Shown: positions 1 through 12,679, counted from the stretch's first letter. The stretch is DNA of 64,000 bases from Mobula hypostoma (GCF_963921235.1 NC_086097.1:140184001-140248000), one strand, 5' to 3'. Notes: a model not told the origin generated them from the letters alone. A program made the numbers and translations.

Positions 1-1425
1 TGGTAATGCTCCCCAAATCTTCCTGCACTACATTGATGACTGTATTGGTGCTGCTTCATGCACCCATACTGAGCTCGTCAATTTCATCAACTTTGCCTCT
101 AACTTCCACCCTGCCCTTAAATTCATTTGGTCCATTTCTGACATACATTGTCAATCTCTCTGTCTACATCTCTGGAGATAAATTGTCTACCGACATCTTT
201 CATAAACCTGCAGATTTCCACCGTTATCTTAACTATACCTCTTCCCACCCTGTGTCCTGTAAAATTGCTTTTTTCTTTTCTTGGTTCCTTTGTTTCTGCC
301 ACATCAGTTCGAGGATGAGGCTTTCCTTTCCAGGACATCAGAGATATTCTTCTTCAAAGAACGGAGTTTCCCTTCCTCCACCATTGATGATGCCCTCATC
401 TGCATCTCCTCCATTTCCCAAACAAGTGCACTCACCCCACCTTCCTGCGTCTTAATAGGGATAAAGTTCCTCTTATCCTCACCTATCATCCCATGAGTCT
501 CTGCATCCAACACGCCATTCTCTGCAATTTCAGCCATCTTCCATGGAATCCAGTCACCAACCACATCTTTTCCTCCCCCAATTCTCCGCTTCCGTAGGGA
601 TTGCTCCCTCCGTGATTCCCTTGTCCATTCATCCTTTCCAACTATTTCCCTCCTGACACATATCCTTGCAAGCAAGAGATATGCTACACTTGCCCATTTA
701 CCTCCTACCTTACCTCCATTCAGGGCCCCAAACCGTCCTTACAAGTGAGGTAACACTTCACTGCGAATCTGTTAGGATCCTCTATTGTATCCAGTGCTCC
801 TGATGCAGCCTCCCGTACATTGGTGAGACCCAACATAAATTGATGGATGGCTTTGGTGAGCACATCCATTCCATCTGCCAAAAGTGGTATTTCCTGGCGG
901 CCGACCATTTTAATTCCTATCCCCACTCCCATTCCAACATGTTGGTCCATGGCCTCCTCTTTTGTCACGATGAAGCCACTCTCAGGGTGGAGGGAGCAAC
1001 ACTTCATATTCTGCCTAGGTAGCCTCCGATCTGATGGCATGAAAAAGTCTAGTAAAAAGTGTTTAAAAAATTCCCCTCCCATTCTCTCTCCTTTTATTTC
1101 CCACTCTGGCCTCTTACCTCTTCTCCTAACCTGCCTATCACCTCCCCTCGTGCCCTCCTTCTTCCCTTTTCCCCAATGCCCACTCTCCTCTCTTATCAGA
1201 TTCTTTCTTCTCCAGCCCTTCACCTTTCCCACTCACCTAGCTTCACCTATCACCTTCCAGCTGGTCCTCCTTTCCCTTCCACTACATTTTTATTCTGGCA
1301 TCTTTCCCCTTGCTTTCCAGTCCTAAAGAAGAGTCTCAGCCCAAAATGTCAACTGTTCATTCATTTCCATAGATACTGCCTGACCTGCTCAGTTGTTTTA
1401 GCATTTTAGTTGTGTTGCTTTGGAT
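1..1425 (+). mobile_element. Penelope-like retroelement, 3' part (RT C-terminus, Cys linker, GIY-YIG endonuclease, pLTR), decayed and running off the window start
   Basis: YIDD at 29-40, then DIFHKPADFHRYLNYTSSHP, a YPCKQEICYTCP linker and a decayed IYCIQC...YIGET GIY-YIG motif at ~780-830, with frameshifts and stops. Pyrimidine-rich pLTR contains a degenerate hammerhead at 1319-1354. Confidence 0.9.
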
Positions 1426-1810
1426 GGGATAGGGCTGTTTTCTTTGGAGCAAGGGAGGCTGAGAAGTGACCTTATGGTTTTATAAAATTATGGGATGCAT
1501 AGATAAGGAAGACAAGACAATGGCATGGCATGGTGTCTAAAACTAGAGGGCATTGATTTAAGGTGAGAGGGGTTAAGTTCAAAGGAGATATGAGGGGTAA
1601 AATGTTACATAGCGTAGTTGGTATCTGAAATGTGATGCCAGAGCAGGTTTCAAAGGAAGGGGCAGGAGCAACATTTAAGAGGCATCTGGACAGAAAGTAG
1701 AGTAACCAAGCTTATTGGGATATGGAATTAATGCAGACAGGTGGGATTAGTGTATATAGGAATGATGGTCTGCATGGACATAGAGGGCTGAAGGGCCTGT
1801 GTCTATGATA
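1426..1810 (+). mobile_element. CR1 (HER1-like) LINE 3' fragment
   Basis: Decayed LFSLEQGRLRSDL..VYKI and SKTRGH coding remnants and the 3' tail GGGCTGAAGGGCCTGT. Confidence 0.8.
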
Positions 1811-2029
1811 TCCTTTATGAATCATTTACCCCAACCAAGATTACTTAGAGATATTCTGTTTCTTTCTTTTTACTGCTTTTTGGAACTGCTGTGCATAAAT
1901 TGTCCATACGTAATTCTGGGGGATTCAGAGGACCAAAAGGCATTGCAGAAATACAAGATCCTTTTCTTTACAAAAGAACCTCTTGCTATGTTTGATCTAA
2001 CGTACAAATAATCAAACACGACACTTTCG

Positions 2030-3110
2030 ATATATGCAATGAAATATGCAGATAATACCAAGGTTGGCCATGCGGATGACAGTGAAGGGGAAAATCTAAA
2101 TGACAGGAAGATCTAGATGATGTCACTGGCTAGACAATAAAATGGCAAATTGAATTTAATCCAGGGAAGTGTGATGTAATGTACAAGGGGTGATTGATAA
2201 GTTCATGACCTAAGGTAGAAGGAGCCAATTTTAGAAAACCTAGCACACTTATTTTTCTTACATTTACACAATTAGTCCAGTGGTCATGGAGCATACGGAT
2301 CCCTTCTTTGTAGAAGTCGGTGTCTTGGACCTCCAGAAGTGGTCCACAGCAGGGGTGATTGATAAGTTTGTGGCCTATGGTAGAAGGAGATGAGTTATTA
2401 ACTTCAAACTTTCTGCATTTTCACTCAAAGAGTTGAACTGCATGTGCACGTAACGAGAGCTGTATAACTCATCTCCTTCTACTTTGGGCTACGAACTTAT
2501 CAATCACCCCTGCTGTGGACCACGTGATCCAAGACGTTCTCGTCACATGCATGTGCAGTTTAACTCTTTGAGTGATAATGCAGGAAGTTTGAAGTTAATA
2601 ACTCATCTCCTTCTACCTAGGCCACGAACTTATCAATCACTCCTGCTGTGGACCACTTCTACAAAGAAGGGATCCGTATGCTCCACGACTGCTGGACTAA
2701 GTGTGTACATGTAGGAGGGGACTATATTGAAAAATAAATGTGCTAGGTTTTCTAAAATTGACTCATTCTACCTTAGGCCACAAACTTATCAATCACCCCT
2801 CGTATTTGGAGAGAGTGTGCAATATATGAGAAAATATTGAGAATTCTAAAGGGATAGATGGTAGGGCGTTGGAGTGAAGATCCATGGATCCCTAGAAGAG
2901 CAACATGTCAATGAAGTGTTTTGAAAGGTATGCTACACGAATAAATAGGAAGAGTTTATTTCTTTTGGCTGAACTGCTAAAAAGTCTATTATTGTTACAT
3001 GGGCTGAGATAAAGTGATAAGCTTTTTTTTTGCATGCCACACGGAAGTATATTGAGGTAGTACAAAAGGAAGAAAAACAGAATGCAGAATACAGTTACAA
3101 GTATGGGTAG
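2030..3110 (+). mobile_element. Old CR1 RT fragment, interrupted by a mariner MITE
   Basis: KYADNTKVG and KWQIEFNPGKCDVM remnants, continuing as TATTTGGAG after the MITE. Confidence 0.65.
2184..2802. mobile_element. Mariner-derived palindromic MITE
   Basis: TA at 2182-2183 and 2803-2804. TIR is CGAGGGGTGATTGATAAGTTTGTGGCCTAAGGTAGAA. Mariner transposase C-terminus FYKEGIRMLHDCWTKCVHVGGDYIEK* lies at ~2656-2737, with an inverted copy at the left end. Three extra internal TIR copies. Confidence 0.9.
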
Positions 3111-3149
3111 GCAAATAGACCATGATGAGATAGGTTGAAAAATCAAAAG

Positions 3150-3670
3150 TTCATCTTTATCATATAAGAGACCCAATCAAAAGTTTTGACAGTTGCAGGA
3201 TAGAAGCTATTCTTGAGCCCGGTGGTATGTGTTCTCAAACTTTTGCACCTCTTGCTCAATGGAAGGGGGAAGGAGGAAGCAGAATAATTGCTGTCCTAAG
3301 CTGTTAAGTACCCGGCCCAAATGCCGGGACCACAGATTTACAGAAATTGGTAGAGGAATTGATAGGAAGATAGGAGCTATTGGTGGCCAGCACAAATGCG
3401 ACAGGCTTATTGCCCTATCTCTGGATCACAAATCTTCCAAAGTATATGTTCAGGCCAACCCTTTTATTGAGCAATACCGTCCGTGTTCCCCTCCACCATC
3501 GGATTTCTGAATGATCTATGAACCCATGAACACTAGTTTATCATTTGACTTTTGCTCTATTTATCTATTTTTGTAACATGTAGTAATTTTAAAGTCTTAC
3601 ATTGTACCGCTGCCACTAAAACAACAAATTCTTGACACATGTCAGTGAGAATAAATCTGGTTCAGATTCT
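3150..3670. mobile_element. Two Rex1/Babar-type LINE 3' remnants (minus ~3150-3300, plus ~3480-3670)
   Basis: Similar to the ORF end and 3' UTR of other Rex1 copies in this window (ACTGCTGCCACAAAACAACAAATTTC...AATAAA.CTGATTC). Confidence 0.55.
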
Positions 3671-4429
3671 GTGCCAGAGTAGCAAATCAGACAGTTCTGG
3701 AGGAGAAGGAGTTGATCTTTAGCAACTTGCTGCTGTTGAGAGGTTTGCCAAGGAAGGTGCTGAGGACAGATTAGAAAAAACCTTTGGTTTACCGTGAAAT
3801 GCTCTGCCTCCAACTACTCCAGACAAGCTCTGAAGGCAATCATTCTGCAACAGATATCATACTCAGGCCCAGACAATGACCATAATACTCTTAGCTCACT
3901 AATGCAATGAAATATTTATAGCACAAATAGGTTTCAAGTTTAAGAGAAACAGATCAGTAAGGAGCTGCATTTACAATGACTGCTAATGACATTGCTTGAG
4001 GAGGGCATACAGACCAAAATTTGACAGCATTAAGTGATGCATTATTTGCTCTCTGTATCTCATGGGAAGGTAAAGGGTTCCCATAGCTCACACACATCAG
4101 TGATGAAATGGGCATCAACTCAGAAAGCTGGTTCCTGAGGATATAAGAGAGCAAAATGAAATGGGATAAGTTAATTAGAAAAACAATAAAGTATACAGTG
4201 AGGGGAAGATGAGAACACAGTTTGTAAAGATAATGAACCAGGTGAATGATTTCAGAAACAGCTTTGCTTGTTGTATTGGGCAAGTGTAGGATGTTTTGGA
4301 TGGTTGAATTGAGATTGTTCACATCTATAAACATCTTCAAATGTTGTATCAGAAGTCTCTCATTCCTGATAGTACAGGGGAATTTTTCTCATGCTAAATG
4401 GAATGCTATTAGTAACAGTCTCAGCATCG

Positions 4430-4815
4430 AAGATACAACCTTCCTTAACAGGATAAAAGTTATAAAGTTATGAGAGGCACAGACAAGGAAGACAGTCAGG
4501 ATATTTTCCCCAGAGCAGAAATGTCAAATACTGCAGTACAAGTAAGAGAGGAAAGTTTAAAAGAGTTGTGCAGACAAGTTTTTTTTTACAGAGAGTGGTA
4601 CTAGGTGCCTGGAACGAATGGGCTACCAGGGATAGTGATGGAAGCAGATACAATAGTGGCATTTAGGAGGATTTCAGATAGACACACAGAGAATGGAGGG
4701 ATATGGATCATATACAGGCAGAGGAGATTTGGTTCAATTTGGCTCAATTTGGCATTATGTTAAGCACAGATACTGTGGGCTGAAGGGTCTGTTACTGTGT
4801 TGTATTGTTCTATGT
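4430..4815 (+). mobile_element. CR1 LINE 3' fragment
   Basis: FFTESGT/AWN remnants and tail GTGGGCTGAAGGGTCTGTTACTGTGTTGTATTGTTCTATG. Confidence 0.75.
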
Positions 4816-5787
4816 TCCCAGGTAAGGTACAGAATACCTGCCGTCTGGCAGGTGTGAATTGAAGATCCAAGAGATTTCTCTGCTGTTGTGGGCACCATGC
4901 ATCTCCAACAGCAACGAGCAAACTAAAGAACTGCTTGTTATGTTTCTGCTGTATGTGGGATGTGGATGAGCAAAAAGCAGCGTCCATACCTACCACAGCT
5001 AATTTTTCATAGGCATTGAATCAATGAAAGCTCCAATTCTGAGCAGGGGTTTTACATATTATCTACTCTCCCCTTCGAAATGGCACATCCCCACAATCTG
5101 CCACGGCCTCACTGTGTTTGCTAGCCAGACTCCGCACTCAAAATACAATCCAGACCCACCTGGCCTCAAGACACTATTTGGATCCACCTCTCAAGATGCT
5201 ATTTGGATGTGCACCCCTCGAGATGCAGCCCAGTTCTCACTCCTCTGTGACAGTATGCTAGATAATGAATAAGTATTTTACTCTTTAGTACATGTTAGCA
5301 CCTCTGAGAGACCAGGGCTGAGGGAGCCATGTGTGTGCCCTGTTTTGAAATATAGGCCAGCACCCATGAGGGCAAAGGATGTAGACCAGAGACAAGTGAC
5401 AATGAAAATTCACAGTCTGGAAATCAGTCGGAGACATTAGCAGGCAAATATTTCAACATCCTAAGTCATTCCTTGATCCTCTAAAGTTAAAAATTAGCTT
5501 TAATCAAGAGGGTTGGATTAAAATGCACAAAACACTCTTCATTTGTAACCTCCACCAGCCAATCCAAACAAAGATTCATCCTAGCCTCCAAATAAATTTC
5601 AAAATTCATAAAAGCAGTAATCGTTATAGATGTCTTGAGGAACATTTACACACATTAAATACTTGGTGCTTTGTTGCACTGATGGTGCCAAATGGCCTTC
5701 AGTGGAAAACACTTCCAAGGTAGGAGGCTGTGGCTTCAAAACCCTTCAGAGACTTGACCGTAAGGATGGTGGATTCAGAAAGAGGTT

Positions 5788-6135
5788 GGTACTGAGGGGG
5801 CACCAGACTGTGAGGGGGTCAGTAGTGAAGGAATGTCACAATATGAGAGGGATAGCACTGAAAGAGTGCCATATTATGGGAATGCTGTGCTGGGAGAAGG
5901 GTGGTACAAAAGGAGAGTCACACTATGAGAAGGGTGGAGAAGGAGCACTGCATTGTGGGAGTGCCAGTACTGAGGGACCTTTGTGCATTGGGGTGTGGTG
6001 CTGAGGGAGTGTAACACTTTGCAGGGGCTTGGGGGGGGGGGTCAGTACTGTTAGAGAGGTGCTAAGGGAGCACTGCACTGTGGGAGTGCTGTACTGAGGG
6101 AGTGCTACATTGTGGGAGAGGAAGTACTCAGGGAG
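5788..6135 (+). repeat. Degenerate minisatellite (~31-33 bp unit), probably expanded from a DeuSINE/SacSINE-like segment
   Basis: About 10 diverged units of AGTACTGAGGGAGTGCTGCACTGTGGGAG. The upstream 5700-5760 resembles the SINE head (GGCTGTGGCTTCAAAACCCTTCAGAGACTTGA). Confidence 0.7.
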
Positions 6136-6169
6136 TTTTCTTACAGTAATAAAAGCCAGTTGCCTTCCT

Positions 6170-8384
6170 TTAAATCTTTTTTATTAATTATTATTGAAAA
6201 TCAATGAAAATACATTAAAGTAATCAAGTCAAGATGTCAATATGTACAATAAGAATTAAATTATCAAATAACTGATTAACAAAGCTAAACAATATATCAA
6301 TAATAAGAAGAAAAAATAAAATGTTAAAACTATTTTTTTGTTAAAAAGAAAAAAGGAAAAAAGAACTCCTACCAACTAAAACAAAAAAACCCTACTAACA
6401 GAAAAAAAACGAAAAAAAAACCATTGGGACCACAATCTCGGAGTTATATGCCATACAAGCTTCCATAAAAGAAAAACATCCATCTGCCAACTCAAATCCA
6501 TTTAAACAAGAATCAGAAGGGGGCCATCTTAATTAACTCAAATCAATTAATAGTAGCGGGCAAAAGAACCCCACCTTTTCTCAAAGTCAAATGGAGGATC
6601 AAAAGTTCGACCTCTGATTTTCTCCAAACTAAAACATAACATCGCCTGAGAGAACCATTGTATCAAAGTGGGAGCAGAGGCATCTTTCCATTTCAATAAA
6701 ATAGCCCTTCTGGCCAATAATGTAACAAATGCAATTAAATGTTGGTCTGATATAGAAATACTTTGAATATATTGAGGGATTATATCAAACGAAACTGTCA
6801 ATTTATTAGGTTGTAAATTAATTTTTAAAGCTTAAGAAATTGTAGAGAAAATAGATTTCGAAAACTGTTTCAATACAGAACACGACCAAAACATATGCGT
6901 CAATGTAGCTGTCTCAGTTTTACATCTATAACACTGACTATCAACATTAGGAAATATTTTAGACAGTCTTTCCTTTGTTGAATAGTAATGATGTACAATT
7001 TTAAATTGAATTAAAGAGTGACTGGCACAAATTGAAGAAGAGTTAACCAACTTCAAAATTCGCAACCAATCCTCTGTTATCAAGGTCACGTTAAGCTCTC
7101 TTTCCCAATCTTGCTTAATCTTATGTAAAGGATAATTGTACTGTTGTAATAGTAAATTATAAATTTTCCCAATAAAACCTTTCACTAAAGGATTCGTTTT
7201 TAAAATAATGTCTAAGTAATGTCTAAAATCTTGTATATATGGAAAGTTACTTAAATATTCTTGTAAGGAATGTCTGACCTGAAGATATTGCAAGAAATGT
7301 GAGTACGAGAGAGAGTATTTAGTTACTAATTTCTCAAAAGACATCAATCGGCCTTCTTGAAACAGATCCATGAAGGAATAGACTCCTTTATTCCTCCAAA
7401 GAAAAAAAGGGAAGATCACTAAGTGAAGGTTTAAATAAATAATTTCGATAAATTAAACTAAGAAGGTTAAATAATTGCAGATCTCCTTTTTGTCGACTTT
7501 CGAGGGGTACGAGACAAGGATGTCAGTTAAGTCCCCTGTTATTTAATTTGGCCATTGCACTTCGTGAAGCTAAAGATATTCATGGAATTTCCATAACTGG
7601 GACTATTCATAAGATCTCCCTTTATGCCGATGATCTCTTAGTTTATGTTTCGAATCCTGAAGAATCCATTCCTAGTTTATTGAAATTATTAAGTGAATTT
7701 GGGAAGTTTTTGGGATATAAACTAAACCTTTATAAAAGTGAATTATTTCCTCTAAATGATTCTGCTTCTATATATGATGACATTCCTTTTAAAGTTACGG
7801 ATTCTTTTAAATATTTAGGTATTATCATCACTAAAAATTATAGAGACCTTTATAGAGCTAATTTGGTTCCTTTAGTGGATTTTATGAAGCAATTATTTTG
7901 TAGATGGAATCCACTTACACTTTCGTTAGCTGGCCGAAATAATGCAGTTAAAATGATGATTTTACCAAAATTTTTATATGTATTTCAAAATATTCCTGTT
8001 TTTTAACCAATAAGTTTTTTGATCAGGTTGATTCTATTATTTCATCTTTTGTTTGGAATAATAAAAGACCAAGAATTGGAAAATATCATTTACAAAAATT
8101 AAAAAAGGATGGAGGTCCTGCTCTGCCTAACTTAAGAATGTATTATTGGGCTGTTAATACACGTTATGTGCATTCTTGGTTATATTGGACTGATAAAAAT
8201 GAACGACCACCTTGGATTGATTTGGAATTGAAAGCTGTGAAACAATTTTACTTAACTTCGCTATTAGGAGTTTCTTTCCTGTACAACTAGCCAAAATTTC
8301 TAATCTAAATTTATATCCTATGATTAAGCAGTCATTACAAATTTGGTACTAGTTCTGTAATTTTTTATAATCTCAAAAAATTTA
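6170..8384 (-). mobile_element. L1-clade LINE, 5'-truncated with a 5' inversion (3' part minus 6170-7470, inverted RT part plus 7470-8384)
   Basis: Minus: LIQFKIVHHYY...CYRCKTETATLTHMFWSC (L1 ORF2 Cys-rich end) and an AATAAA/A-rich tail. Plus: RGTRQGCQLSPLLF, KISLYADDLLVY, FKYLGI. TSD GCCTTCCT at 6162-6169 and 8385-8392. Confidence 0.92.
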
Positions 8385-9509
8385 GCCTTCCTAATTACTT
8401 GCTAAATCTCCATGTTGACAACTAGTGATCCTCGAATAAAGCTGTCCAGATTCCTCTGAACTCACATTTGCTAAATTCAATTTCCTCATGGTTTCTCATA
8501 GAGTTACCCCTTTGGCCCATTACGCCCACACTGACCTGACCTTCAAATACCTATCTATATTAATCCCGATTACCACCACACAATCCTTCTCTGCGTAACA
8601 ATTTAAGTACTCATCTAGATATTTGTTAAATGTTGTGAGAGTCTCTGCTCTCATCACCTCTCAAGTAAGTGTTCCAGATTTCAATTCCCCTCTGGTGAAA
8701 AAAATCCTCCTTACATTAGGATTCTGTTAGTGCATGACTTCATAGTTTAATGACAAATTTTTCCTAATTCCCAAAGACTGAATTGCCCTGTGAATGTATC
8801 ACCATTATTCACATTTACTACTGAGCAGCAACAGGTACATTCATGGTAAACACCAAAGTAAGATGGGCATTTGCTGCAAATCAGAGTCCAGTTACCCAAC
8901 CCAGCTAAAAGTATCAAGCTCAGGCAGGTGTCTCTGTAAAAAGCTATCTAGTTTCACTAGCCTACATCTTCTCAAAACGCACACTCTATTCCACAGTTCT
9001 GTGCTCTGTTGAAACAGCTGTGAATTTGAAACAAAACCAGAACCATTTATTTTCATATACATTTCTGATCATAATTTATATTATATTTTATGTATTGCAC
9101 TGTACTGCTGCCACAAAACAACAGATTTCATAACATTCGTCAGTGATAATAAAACTGATTCCAAAACTGCTGAAGATACCTGGCAGGTTTCTGTGAAGAG
9201 AGTAACAGAGTCTCTAGGTTGATGACTTTTCCAGTTCGGAATTTCAATTTTTGTCACATTTAGTGAATTTGAAGCTGGGTCAATATTGTTCATTTTCAAT
9301 TTGTCACAATGAAGGTCTGTTGCCAAAGTGTAAAATACCCGCAGTCCTGTTCTCGTTGTGTTTACTGTAAGGTACCAAGCCTAGATGTGAGTATTAGATC
9401 ACAGTTCAAATTGTAAGATCACAAGAATGAACTGCTAAATTCTGTGATGACCTCCCAAAACCAGTCAGTGCCTTCACATGGATTTCAAACAATGAGCTAA
9501 AATTACCAA

Positions 9510-10982
9510 CACGAAATGCTGAAGAAACTCAGCACGTGAGGCGACACCTATGTCAATGAATAAATAGTCGACGTTTTGGCCCAAGACCCTTCATTGGGAC
9601 TAGAAAGGAAGGGGGAAGACTCCCGATTAAAAAGGTTGGGGGGTGGGGGGGAAGGAAGACAAGCAAGAAGGTGATTGGTGAAGCCAGGTGGGTGGAAAAG
9701 ATAAAGAGCTGGAGAAAAAGGAACCTTTATAGGAGAATAGAGTGGGCCGTGGGAGAAAGGAAAGAAGGAGGGATACCCAGGTAGGTGATAGGCAGGTGAG
9801 GAGAAGAGGTAAGAGGCCGGAGTGGAGAATAGAAGAGGGTAGCAGGAGGGAAAAAGATAAAAAAAGTATTACTGGAAGGAGAAATTGATGTTCATGCCAT
9901 CAGGTTGGAGGCTACCTAGGCAGAACAACGTGTTGCTCCTCTACCCTGAGAGTAGCTTCTTTGGAGGCCATGGATTGACATGTCGGAATGGGAATGGGGA
10001 TAGGAATTAAAGTTGTTGGCTACCAGGAAATTCCACTTTTGGGGATGGACTGGAGGTGTTTGACAAAGCAGTCCCCCTATTTACTATGGGTCTCACCATT
10101 GCAGAGGAGGCTGCATTGGGATAAAATAAGACAACCCCAACAGATTTGCAGATTAAATGTTGCCTCACCTGGAAGGAATATTTGGGGCCCTGAATGGAGG
10201 TAAGGGAGGAGGTGCATTGGCAAAAGCTGAATTTTCTGGTGGCCAACCATCTTAATTCCTATGCTCATTCCCATTCCAACATGTTGGTCCACGGCCATCT
10301 CTTTTGCCATGATGAGGCCACTCTCAGTCTAGAGGAGCAACACCTTATATTCCATCCACAAAGGGTAGATAGCCTCCAACCTGATGGCATGAAACGTTTG
10401 GCAAAAGTTTAATTTCCCAGTGGCCAACCATTTTAATTCCTATCCCCATTCTCGTTTGACATGTTGGTTCATGGCCTCTTCTTTTGCCACAATAATGCCA
10501 CTCTCAGGGTAGAGAAGTAATGCCTCATTCTCTCTAGGTAGCCTACAACCTGAAGGCATGAACAACAATTTCTCTTTCTGGCATTTTTTTTTCTTTTCTC
10601 CTCCCACTTCCCTCTTCTATTTCTCACTCTGACTTCTTACCTCTTCTCCTCCTCACTTGCCTATCACTTCCCCTGGTGCTCCTCCTTCTCCCCTTACTCT
10701 CATGGTCCACTCTCCTCTCCTATTAGATTCCTTCTTCTCCATCCCTTTATCTTTTCCACCCACCTGGCTTCACCTATCACCCTCTAGCTTGTCCTCTTTC
10801 CCCTCCCCCACCTTTTTACTTTGGCATCTTCCCCCATCCTTTCGAGTCCCGATGAAGGATCTCGGCCTGAAAAGTCAGCTGTTTACTAATTTCCATTGAT
10901 GCTGACTGACCTACTGAGTTCTCCCAGCATTTTGGTGTGTTGCTCTGGATTTTCAGCATCTACAGAATCTCGTGTAATTGTG
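9510..10982. mobile_element. Penelope-like fold-back insertion: minus arm ~9510-10217, plus arm ~10218-10982 with an internal tandem duplication
   Basis: Both arms hold the GIY-YIG end plus pLTR facing outward, with degenerate hammerheads at 9566-9601 (-) and 10845-10880 (+). 10218-10393 is repeated at ~10398-10562. Flanks GCTAAAATTACCAA (9496-9509) and GCTATAATTACCAA (10983-10996). Confidence 0.88.
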
Positions 10983-11485
10983 GCTATAATTACCAAAGGT
11001 GTGGGAAAGGGAGGACTTGCAACAGCACCATAGGGTATGTTTTCTTGTGGTGCACCTAAGCATTTTTTTCTTGCTGTGAAACAATTCCTCTGCATTCTTG
11101 AAATTTACACTTCAAACTTTAACAACTTATACAGTACAAACCCTTCTGCCATAACATGCAATCACAGACTTAGCCTTATCCAAATATAATCACTCTGCAT
11201 TGCCAGGAAATTGTTTAGCAGTCAGCTTTAAGCTCGTTCACACTTCATAAAAGAGTTCAATGCTCTCATAACCCTTTCACCCAAGCACACCTATAATTAC
11301 AGCTGAACAAATTAAAACCTGCCAAGTACCAACCAATGATGCAAGAGCTTCCCAGGTAACTGGACCTCAGCTGATACTTAAAAGGCACCTTTATAGATCT
11401 ACATCAAATCTGACAACCTATTTTGGAATTTATACCATTAGGGTAACACACAAACTAAATAACACCAATATTTAGGACTGCTCAC

Positions 11486-11620
11486 AAACACGAGAAAATC
11501 TGCAGATGCTGGAAATCCAAACCACACACACAAAATGCTGGAGGAACTCAGCAGGCCAGGCAACAACTATGGAAAAGGGTAAACAGTTGACGTTTCAGGA
11601 CAAGACCCTTCATCAGCACT
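11486..11620 (-). mobile_element. Solo PLE pLTR 3' unit (hammerhead plus tail)
   Basis: Matches the terminal ~135 bp of the other pLTRs in the window. Confidence 0.88.
11585..11620 (-). ncRNA. Minimal type I hammerhead ribozyme motif, core intact
   Basis: Minus strand reads AGTG CTGATGA AGGG-TCTTG-TCCT GAAAC GTC^AACT. The core-adjacent stem I pair is mismatched (G/A). Confidence 0.7.
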
Positions 11621-12679
11621 TCTTATTTTTAATCCCTTGAATGTGGTTGACAGATGCTTTTAAAATTATCGTCAGTGAAAATCTTACCAGCGTTCTGAAG
11701 GAATTCCTTAGCCCGGCTCACCTGAGGGTTCGATCTACTCACCTGTACTCTGGAGCCAAAGTTGACAAGTGACCAGTCCATTAAACAACATGACGAAGGC
11801 CATCAGCCAAGTGACTGAGCACTCATCCACCATCTCCTTCCCCTCAGACTAACTACCCCACTTCACCCTGAGGCAGGGATCTGTTCATGGACAGAATTAA
11901 AGCACAATTTAAGCATGGCTAATTCACACTCTACCTGAGCCGGAGGACAGGTAATCTTTAAATGCCTAGCCTGACCTGAACCAGACACATAGACCTGAGT
12001 CCTAATGGGATAAGGTAAGGTAAGGGCATGTGCAGAAAAATAATAAAAAAACAGCCAGTGCCAGAGTTAGTCAGTAAGTCAGCAATATCTAAATAGATGA
12101 AAGAGCACCAAACTGAAACGATAGCACTATTTCTCTTGCACAGAGACTTCCTAACCTGCCATGTAACTCTGAACCTTCCCCTCCCCCGAGATTTTTATCT
12201 TCTGCTCAAGGAGGAGGAGCTATTCCCTACAAATCCCCACACTCTGCTGGCTTTGTGTAGAACCCCAGGCCCCACAGGTCGACCATCTGTGCCAGTAAGA
12301 GGGCATGTGGGTTTAAAATCCTCTGATCCCTGAGACAAATGTGACACTTCCCATCAGGTTGGGGGATTGGGCTTGGATCAGATAGTTAGAGCCCACACAT
12401 AGGCAATGGATCAAGTGGTCAGACCCCACCCAGGGGCACTGGATCAGCTTAGCTGGGATCAGATGGGCACACTCACGCAAGGGCACTGACCAGTGACCAT
12501 CTTCAGTCGTGACCACGGGAGAGCTGCTGCCAATTCCACAGCAAGGGCTGTCATGGTACATGCCTTGCACTTGGACAAAGCTGATTGTCCAATGAACGCT
12601 GGTCACTCTAACCAGACTCTAGCCAGAATCTCACCCAAGCTACTACCATCAAAAACACCAGAATTCAATACCTTCTCAG

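Noticed and set aside
720..1409. Overlapping Pro/Leu/Ser-rich and Gly/Arg/Lys-rich ORFs here and at 10657-10899, 21428-21838 and 61943-62421
   Set aside because: They are by-products of the purine/pyrimidine-skewed pLTR, which is poor in stop codons.
2184..2802. CRISPR-like repeat array (recurring ~40 bp unit)
   Set aside because: Units are in mixed orientation with non-unique spacers and are mariner TIRs. The context is eukaryotic with no cas genes.
4838..4989. Minus-strand exon candidate with two open frames
   Set aside because: The acceptor lacks a polypyrimidine tract, the donor is weak (CAG|GTATTC) and neither peptide is recognisable.
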